Part shown: positions 13,407 through 22,181 of the stretch, piece after piece
How positions within the stretch are numbered: position 1 is the first letter of the stretch
Layout of the letters: the number at the start of each line of letters is the position of its first letter
Origin: the human T2T-CHM13v2.0 reference genome, Homo sapiens
Strand: one strand, 5' to 3'
Assembly: GCF_009914755.1 (NCBI RefSeq)
Contig: NC_060926.1
DNA: 64,000 bases
Notes under the pieces: generated by a model
Told to the model about the DNA's origin: nothing
Databases searched by the model: none
Seen by the model: only the letters and a program-made list of their open reading frames with translations
Translations under genes and position numbers: made by a program

Positions 13407-13860
13407 TGTATTAGCTTCCTATTGCTGCTGCCACAAGTTGCTGTGAGTTTGGCGGCTAAACAATCAAATTTATTCTCTTATTCTTCTAGAAATCATTTTC
13501 ACTGGGCTAAACTCAAGGTATCAGAGCTTTCTGGAGGCTGCAGGGGAGAGCCTGTTTCTGTACCTTATTTTTTTAGCTCCTGGAGGCTGCCTGCAGGCCT
13601 TGGCTCATAACCCCTTCCTTGCATCACACCAGCCTCCTGCTTCTGTTGTAATATTCCTACTTCTGCTCTGGTCTCTTGCCTCCCTCTTAGAAGGACACCT
13701 GTGATTCACAGAACCCACCTGGATAATTCAGAAAAATGTCTCCATCTCAAGATTCTTATTTAATTACATCTGCAAGGTTCCTTTTACCATATAAAGTAAC
13801 ATTTCCAGGTTCCAGGGATCAGGACAGGGACATCTTTGGGGCATGGGTCAGCCTGCCAAG
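13407..13860 (-). mobile_element. MLT1 (MLT1C/D-like) MaLR solo LTR
   Basis: tgtattagcttcctattgctgc ... ccatctcaagattctta...aattacatctgcaagg...ggacatctttgggg. Confidence 0.85.
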
Positions 13861-14519
13861 GAATGATTCCTATGCAAGCAAACATTTGAGTAGCATGGTC
13901 ACAGAGAATAGGAGGCATGCTTGAGTAACAGGGTGTTTCAATACATAAAACTTCAATAGTGGCTAAGTGACCTAGATGATAGGCCACAAATACAAGACAG
14001 TCTAAGGAATTACATAATCAAATAGACTATCATTAGCCCATTTCCCCACTCAAGTATATAAGATAGCTCAATTGAAAAGTTGAGAATGAGATGTGTATTT
14101 AGAAATAGTTTGGCTAAGCTTTTGGGAGGAAGCTGAAAGGGAAAAGGGCTGTTTCTGCCCCCAACTTAGCCTAAGTGAGATGGATTTGCAAGGGCTACTC
14201 AGCTTAAAATGTATTTGAGAACATAAAGCCTAATGTCTTACTCACAAATAACAAATACAAAGGTGAGTTTCAAAACAGACCAGTCTAAGAAAAAATTTTA
14301 CAGATTCTGCTCCTCTCTTTTCTAAAGTCAACTTTTTTTTTTTTTTTTCAGTTGATCTTATCCCTCTGCCGCCAAACCTTTGGTTCTGTGAATTTACCTT
14401 ACAGATTTGGTGATATTTGTTACTTTTCCTAACATTAAAAATGCTGATCTTACCTAATTACTCAGGAAAAAAAACGACTTTTTTGGCCTTGTTGTCTTCT
14501 ATTCTCCTGGCCTTGGTGG

Positions 14520-14880
14520 TTTCCGATGAGAAGATGTCTGTAATTGTTTTTCTGTATGCAATGAATCTCCTATTTCCACTGCCTTAACATTTTTCTCATC
14601 ATCTTTAAACAGTTTAAACATGATGTATCTAGGAAATCTTCCAAACTTCTTTGTCTTTCTTTTAGATATGTATTCTACTTGGATTTCTACGAGTTTTATG
14701 ATTTGTGGGTGGTTTCATGCATGCATTCATTATTTTTGGAAAATTCCCTGCTACTATTTCTTCAAATATTTCTTCTTCTCTGTTCTTTCCTCTTTTTCTT
14801 TGGGATTTTAATGATATATATGCTAGACTATTTGATATTGTCCCATGGCTTTTGGATTCAGTTTTTTCTTTTGTGGTCTG
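14520..14880 (-). mobile_element. Old L1M ORF1-region fragment
   Basis: Minus-strand ORF 14662-15003 contains EEIFEEIVAGNFPKIM...RRNPSRI, typical of L1 ORF1p. Confidence 0.7.
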
Positions 14881-15541
14881 GGCTTCAGCAGTTTTTAATT
14901 CTTCCAGCTGATTCTTACGTGCAGCTAAAGAAGAGAGTCCCTGTAAGATGTTGTAAGTCACTCCCACCTGAGTCTTCACAATGGTCCTCCTCTCGTGCCC
15001 CACCCCAGGGGGTTAATGCACAGGCCGAGCAGGGTGGACCCAGAGTGAGGAATCCTGGGAGCTCCACCCACGAGCCTCCTCAGATACCCAAAATACCCCT
15101 ACTGGTAAATTGTGCTAGTATGGCATTGAAAGATCCTGTTAAGGTGTGTGTTGGCTTTGTTGTGTTATGTTGGGGTGGGCTACCCACATCACATCCAGGG
15201 CACGTTCCATACTTACTCATGATAAACAGTTTGCCAAGTAAGGGGGAGATTCGGAAAGCAGGGACTAGGCTAATAGAACCAGTGTGGGTTGCAGGGGACT
15301 TACTGGCAGAAATTTGGGGTCAAAGAGTAAATGTAGTGTTGAGTGTGGCTTCGTGAAAGCTGGTGTAACTAGGAGGTGTCCTGGGGACACCAACCTTGAA
15401 GAGAAGGGAGCAAGGACAAGAAAGGAAGCATGTGAAAGAGGAAGTTGAGAAAAAGGAAGGTCCACATGGAAGGAGTACAGGATCCAAAGGCAAAATAGCA
15501 GCATCCCAGTGTGTTACGTAAGCAATGCCTGTGTACTGCAT

Positions 15542-15664
15542 GCAGGCAAATCCTGCCACTCTAGTGACTGTGGGTGATTGGCACCCACCTGGTCAGGACG
15601 AGGCTGGGTCAGCATTAACAATCTTTAGCTTTTGTTTGCTACTTTGCCTTTGATGTACCTGCCT
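15542..15664 (+). repeat. Copy 1 of a 123-bp dispersed direct duplication (copy 2 at 17149-17271)
   Basis: Manual alignment: 8 substitutions in 123 bp, no indels, offset 1607 bp. Confidence 0.95.
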
Positions 15665-16124
15665 CTTACAGGAGCTATATTTGTTTTTGCCTTCCAGAGT
15701 ACAGAGGCCAGCATCCTTCCTATTATTAGGGGATATAAAAGTTCTAGGTGGTGGGGAACAGAATTTCAATAATACCAACACAATTAATGATGTTACCTAA
15801 TCACTTAAGAGTATTTAATTCAGTGGTTTAGTGACTCAGTCAACCTGCAGGCAGTTTTTGAGCATTTATTAAATGCAAGGCACCCTCTGAGGCTCTGAGG
15901 CATCTGAATACTTCTAGACTTCAGGATCTGTAGCTGAAGGAAGCAGCTGCTGCTCCTACTTCCTCCTAGTGACTTCAATAAAACTCATTGGAGGTGGTGG
16001 AGAAACATCCAGGGCATTAGGAAGCCTGCCCTAGTCCTGGCTCAGACATGCCCAGGTCATGTGACTGAGAGGAAGCTGCCTCCTCTCTCTGATTCCCAGT
16101 CTTGTGGTATAGGCAACGTGTAGC

Positions 16125-16612
16125 TGTAACCAAACCCAGGTTCGGGTGCTCTCAGCTCAAAAGTCAAACATGAGAGAAGAGTTGGTGGGAGGAAAAGCAG
16201 GTTTATTTAGAGAGCCAGCAAACTGAGAAGATGGCAGACTGGAGTCCTAAAGTATCATCTTAAGTTAGTACAAATTTAGGGCCCTTTTATATTAAGGGCA
16301 TGGGGAAGAGGAGGGGGTTGGGATCAAGAGGTGACTGACAACTGCAGATATCTGGACCCTGTGAGGGTCTGAGAAGGTTGGGACTTTTTTTGTCCTTGGT
16401 CAGGTAGCAATGCTCCCATAAATCTACAAAACATAGTTAATTGTTTATATACTTCTCCTTTAATCCCAGAGTTAGTTTTAAAAACTACATGACTGCTTTT
16501 GTTGTACGTTGTCTCAGGGCTCTAAAATTAGCCTGCATGCAGGAATACGTAAAGGCCTCTTAAACAAAACTGGAGTTACTTATGCTCATCGTATTGCTAT
16601 TTCACTGCCATA
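16125..16612 (-). mobile_element. MER4-group ERV1 solo LTR (MER49-like)
   Basis: tgtaaccaaacccaggttc...gcaggtttatttagagagccagcaaactgagaagatggcagact...gctatttcactgccata. AATAAA lies on the minus strand. Confidence 0.7.
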
Positions 16613-17148
16613 TACGTAAAACTAGTTACTCCCTCCTGGCACTGACATTTCTAGTTTCTATGACACTGTGTTCAGACACTTAGAAAGTTTGCAATATGAA
16701 AAGGTAACATTGGCATTGTTCAGACGATTCTCAGGGAAAACTAGCAAAAACTTTCCTGATAACCCTAACAGTCCTGCTATATTCCCCACCTCCCACCCCT
16801 GGAGATCAGGCTGGAATTCCAGATACAAACCATTTTTGGGCTGGAAGTTACTCAGCAAAAAGCACTCATCTTCTTCCCATAACAAAGACATATAGTGAGC
16901 ACATATGGCAAATGAAAGTCCATTACAAGCTCCCTTTTGTTTATGATTTCTCCTTTTGTATCCCAAATGCAGTCAAAGAAATTTGGGATAGGGTTCGAGA
17001 TCTAGGCAGGGTTTCTAGCTACATTTCACCTGAACGTCTTGCCCCGAGGGAAATGATACAAAGGATCCCTTCACCCTTGGCTTCCTGGAGACGTTTTCTC
17101 ATGGCTTGGTTGTGAGGTGCAGGCTGGTTTTGGTCTCTGCCCTTCTTA

Positions 17149-17271
17149 GCAGGCAAATCCTACCACTCTAGTGACTGTGGGTGATTGGCACCCACCTGGT
17201 CAGGATGAGGCTGGGTCAGCGTTAACAATCTGTAGTTTTCGTTTGCTACTTTGCCTTTGATGTAACCGCCT
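17149..17271 (+). repeat. Copy 2 of the 123-bp dispersed direct duplication
   Basis: gcaggcaaatcctaccactctagtgactgtgggtgattggcacccacctggtcagg...ttgcctttgatgtaaccgcct. Confidence 0.95.
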
Positions 17272-17624
17272 GTCTTGCTATGATGTACAACACACAAATC
17301 AGCACACATGTTGTCACAGAAAAAATAGGTCTCCCCACTGTTGGCTAGAACCAGGGCCAATAACAAAAGGCCTCATTCATCTGATGGCAACAGAGCCAAA
17401 GAATGGCTTTCACAGGTCAAGCCCAGCTTTTTATCACATGCCTCTGTAGTTTGATCACTCTCCTCTAGTGACCTTGTCTATTTCTCCTATCTGGATCTTT
17501 ATTCCCAGGGCTTAGAATAGCAGCATTCATGAAACTGACTAGGAATGTTTCTTCCAAGTTTGTTATCCCCAGAGACAAGATTACTCACATCCCTTCTTTA
17601 AGAAGTGAAAATATTTTCACTTAG

Positions 17625-18142
17625 TGCAAACCTACAGTAATGAAAACAGTGTGGTACTGGCGTAAAGACAGACATATAGACTGGTAGAATAAGAATGGAG
17701 AGCTCAGAAATAAACCCTCACATACATGGCAAAATGATTTTCATCAGTGTTGCCAAGACCATTCAATGGGAAAGAGACAGTCTTAAATAAATAGTGCTGG
17801 GAAAACTAGATATTCAACATGAAAAAGAATGAAGCTGAACTCTTACTTCATACCACATACAAAAATTAACTAAAAATGGATCAAAGAGCTAACTACAAGA
17901 GCTAAAACTATAAAACTCTTAGAAGGAAACAGGAGAGAGCTTTATGGCATTGGATTTAACTGTTGTTTCTTGGATATCCCACCAAAAGCACAGTCAAGAA
18001 AGGAAAGATAAGTTGGAAATCATGAAAATTAAAAACTTTGTGTATCCAAGACACCATCAACAGAGTGAAATGACAACCCATCGAATGAGAGAAAATATTT
18101 GCGAATCACGCATCTTATAAGAAATTGATAGCCAGATTATAT
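17625..18142 (+). mobile_element. L1MB-like ORF2 3' fragment; resumes at 25670-25760
   Basis: ctacagtaatgaaaacagtgtggtactggc...; joining ccagattatat to aaagaactcctatcattcaacaac restores the L1 consensus. Confidence 0.85.
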
Positions 18143-18287
18143 TGCCAATCCGAAAAATTGGAAAGATAAAAACCTAATTTTTTTTCTTTTAACTTTTATT
18201 TTAGGTTCAGGGGTACATGGGCAGATTTGTTATATAGGTAAACTCATGTCACCGTGGTTTGGTATACAGATTATTTCATGACCCAGA

Positions 18288-18853
18288 TGCCACGTTCATG
18301 ACTACACCAATTGTTATGCTCGGGGTTAGGTTCCACCCCATGCTGAGGTCCGGAGGGAGTGGGTGGATGAGCAGCAAGAACACTGGGGGGCCACAGGCAG
18401 GTGAAAGATGATTTCATTCAGCAGTAGCTCTCATCAACAGCTTTTCCACACTGTTTGCCCTGTCTCAGCTGCTTAGTCCAGCGGCGCCCCCCCACACACC
18501 TGTGCAGCCAGCTCTCCCTTGCCTTCAAGGTCAGCAGCTTACCTCTTTCTCTCTCTGGGCATGAGGAAGACGAGCTTTGTCCTGGCCCCCGTCAGTCCAT
18601 CTGTAAATATGGACAGCTTTGGCTCTCTCTCTTTCTCTGGGCACCAGCATGCCTATACCATGTTGGCAGGGCAATTATACCTTTTATAGACAATAGTGGC
18701 ATAGAGGCAAGCGATGGCCTTCCCATGTTATGGCTACACGGCTGTGATAACAAGTGAAGTTATAGGCCTGTGCTCTGAACTCACTGAGTCATGCAGGATG
18801 TAAACATCCTACCTCAGCCTATCCTTGACCAAGGCACAGGCATGTTCCTTACA
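18288..18853 (-). mobile_element. LTR18-type LTR (HERV-S/HERVL18), left arm, preceded by a PPT and therefore a 3' LTR
   Basis: Minus strand reads agggggtggag|tgtaaggaacatgcc ... gtagtcatgaacgtggca. Homologous to 20997-21566. Confidence 0.85.
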
Positions 18854-19043
18854 CTCCACCCCCTAGGCCGAGGGAGGCATAGGCCTTGGATACACAGGTT
18901 ATACACATAAGCTTTGGGTACATAGGCTCGATATACACACACAGGCTTTATACCTAAGTTTTGGACACATCAGTTTGATGTACAGGCTTGGCACACAGGC
19001 CTTACGTTCCACCCCCTAGGCTGAGGGAGTTTTCTTAGTGGGG

Positions 19044-20135
19044 CTCCATGCCCATAGGGCACCGATCTGAATTCATAGGTTACAGCAGCAATACAGAAGG
19101 CAACAACCTACCATTAATATTCCTGTTATGCTACCTATGATTATTAGAGCCCAACATTGGGTAGAGCCCAGAGATGCCCACTATCTCTGCAGGGAGTCAT
19201 CAGTAAGGCATGAAATCGCCTTAATCTCCCGTGACACTTCTTGTAAAGGTGTCCTGGTGGTTGTCAGGAATAAATGTACAACATTGTGTCTCCACAAGGG
19301 CACAGGTGCCACCCTGGGCAGTTGTGACTATGTCTAAGACCATTGGGTTTTGCAGCACCACCTTCCTGATCTGATTAACCTCATCAGTTAACAAACAGAG
19401 AGTCACTTGGGTATAATTTAGGTTCCGAACTACCTGCTCTGCAAGGGCTGTAACTTGCGTCTACAGAAATGACACCTGCTCCAGGCATAGTTATTGCTAA
19501 GGGGTAGAGCCACCAGGGAGCCCACCGCATTTGCAAAAAGCAGGAATGCAGATCCTCCCAGTTACATGGGCGACTGGGTAATGTGGGAACCACAGTGGCA
19601 GGCTCATAAGGCCACCCCCAGGTACAATGTCCAGTCCAGTTGGCTGGCAAATAGGGCCATCCTGTGTCCTTAAAGACCCATAAACTCCCAGGTGGCACAA
19701 AGTCCATGGGGGCCTGGCCTCGGTAAGGCCACACCAATGGTGTGGTGACATGTGTTATGTTTGCACAAACCTCAGCAGGCAACCATCCCACAGTGACTTG
19801 TGCTGCTCTATGCATCATGGTACCTGCAATGTTGGCACCACGTGTTCTCCCATTAGCCAGCACCATCCATCATGGACACTGTGAGTCAGCCAGGGGTCAG
19901 GCTTGCCATGGGTTTTGCGACTCTCTGACTCCAAAGCCTGCCCTGTTGCATCCCACCCATTGTCCGTGGGACTCGAAGTGTCTAGCCATATCCAGTTCTG
20001 CACTGAAGCTGGATGTATGTGCTAGGGCAAGCCGTCCACCACCGCTGCTGGAAGGGTGGTGCAGATCTAAGAGTTGGAGACATTGGTCACCTGAGCGTAG
20101 GTGTGGGCCCAGTTGACGATGCTGTTGGAGCATGC
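19044..20135 (-). pseudogene. env: Decayed HERV-S-type env (SU and TM)
   Basis: Decayed CWIC motif (NVSNS*IC), YLPANWTGHCTWGW, cleavage/fusion region (QMRWAPWWLYPLAITMPGAGV), ISD plus CX6CC (LQNPMVLDIVTTAQGGTCALVETQCC). Stops and frameshifts present. Confidence 0.9.
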
Positions 20136-20538
20136 CAACCTGCGGAGGGGGTATCTTCCCCTTGTTTATGTCATGGGTTCCCCAGTCCCACCAATGGCCT
20201 TCTACCTCCCCAAGGGCTGCCATAGCAGTAGTCACTTCATGTATGTGGTGCTCCACATATAGGGTGAGAACAGCAGCTAGAGAGCCAAAAGCATCCGGGG
20301 ACGCTGAGCCAAGCACAAGATCCCTCATGTGGGAAGTAAAGCTTTCATCATCTGGCCCCTGGGTATTCAGATCAAACATAGCCTGCCACATACCCATCTC
20401 CCAGAGTACCTTCACCAAATTGGTATATGATTGCCATTTACTCACAATTTCTGGTGTCTCTCCGGCATCATTCTGGCATCATTCCAAACAGTCCGTATGG
20501 CTGCTGCCATTAGCCACTCCATTAATGTGTGGTCACCA
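20136..20538 (-). pseudogene. gag: ERVL/HERV-S gag-like fragment joined directly to env (pro-pol absent)
   Basis: ORF 19897-20445: WQSYTNLVKVLWEMGMWQAMF...GPDDESFTSHMRDLVL, resembling the class III ERV Gag pattern (LRE.GM / PED..FT...R..L). Confidence 0.7.
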
Positions 20539-20996
20539 TGCCCTTGTGGGGACATAATGTTGTACATTTAGCCCTGATAACCACCAGAACATAATGACAG
20601 CTTTACAAGGGGTGTCGTGGGAAATCAAGGCGATTGAGTGCCTTACTGACAAACCCCCACAGAGATAGTGGGGCGTCTCTCCTCTCTACCCTAAATTGGG
20701 CCCTAATGATCACAGGTAGCATAACAGGAATATTAATGGTAGGTTGTTGCTCTCTGTATTACTGCTGTAACCTAGGAGTTCAGTGTGCTTCCCTATGCGC
20801 ATGGATCCCCACTTAGAAAACTCCCTCGGCCTAGGGGGTGGAACGTAAGGCCTGTGTGCCAAGCTTGTACATCAAACTGATGTGCCCAAAGCTTATGTAT
20901 AAAGCCTGTGTGTGTATATCGAGCCTATGTACCCAAAGCTTATGTGTATAACCTGTGTATCCAAGGCCTATGCCTCCCTCGGCCTAGGGGGTGGAG
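20539..20996 (+). pseudogene. env: Second, inverted copy of the env 3' end plus 3' UTR and PPT
   Basis: Reverse-complement homologue of 18854-19302. ORF 20634-20816 carries the TM anchor WALMITGSITGILMVGCCSLYYCC. Confidence 0.9.
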
Positions 20997-21566
20997 TGTA
21001 AGGAACATGGCTGTGCTTTGGTCAGGAATAGGACAAGCTAAGATGTCTATATCCTGCGTGACTTAGTGAGTTCAGAGAGTAGGCATATAACTCCACTCGT
21101 TATCATAGCCATGTAGCCATAACATCGGAAGGCCATCACTTGTCTCTATACCACTGTTGTCCATAAAAGATATAATTGCCCTCTTGACACTGGGCAGTCA
21201 CTGGTGCCCAGAGAAAGAGAGAGAAAGCCAGAGCTGTCCATCTTTGCAGATGGACAGTGGGGAGCCAGGACACAGGCTGGTCTCTCTCATGCTGAGAGAG
21301 AGAAAGTTAAGCTGCTGACCCTGAAGCCAAGGGAGAGCCGGCCATGCAGCTGCAGGCGTCGGGGCGGCAGGAGACACAGATCCAGAGCAGACAGCCCGAA
21401 TAAGGGCCAACAGTGTAGAGAACTAGTGTATGAAAGCTATTAATGAAAGCGGCTGCTAAATAAAATCATCTTTCACCTGCCTACAGCCCCCGAAGTGTTC
21501 TTTCTACTCATCCACCCACTCCCTTCAGACCTCAACATGACATTTGGCATAGTTGTAACCCTGACA
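20997..21566 (+). mobile_element. LTR18-type LTR, right arm, also preceded by a PPT
   Basis: agggggtggag|tgtaaggaacatggctgtg ... aataaa (21459) ... gtaaccctgaca|ccagg. Confidence 0.85.
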
Positions 21567-21841
21567 CCAGGTAATAAGTATAGTACACAATAGATATTTT
21601 TTTCTGATCCCCCCTTTCTGATCCTCAGGTAGGCCCCAGTGTCTGTTGTTCCCCTCTTTGTGTCCATGTGTTCTCATAATTTAGCTCCCACTTATAAGTG
21701 AGAACATGTGGTATTTGATTTTCTATTCCTGCATTAGTTTGCTAAGAATAATGGTCTCCAGCTTCATCTCTGTTGTTGCAAGCGACATGACCATTCTTTT
21801 TATGGCTGCGTAGTATTCCATGGTATATGTACCCCCCTCCC

Positions 21842-22181
<340 letters not shown>

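Noticed and set aside
14679-15356. Longest ORF in the window (225 aa)
   Set aside because: It starts in antisense L1 ORF1 sequence, crosses a MER5-like end and has no recognisable domain; most likely a chance ORF.
14945-15520. GC-richer segment that might be an old LTR
   Set aside because: I could not identify termini, a TSD or a family, so it is left unannotated.
18860-19010. Short spaced repeats superficially like a CRISPR array
   Set aside because: They are degenerate repeats in the ERV 3' UTR of a primate genome, with no constant repeat/unique spacer pattern and no cas genes.
19221-19866. env as a possible domesticated syncytin-like gene
   Set aside because: It is split by stops and frameshifts, and the CWIC and furin motifs are mutated.
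19170-20080. Three apparent TGG-to-TAG stops in env suggesting APOBEC3G hypermutation
   Set aside because: Many other Trp codons in env and gag are intact, so three events do not exceed ordinary decay without a consensus-based test.
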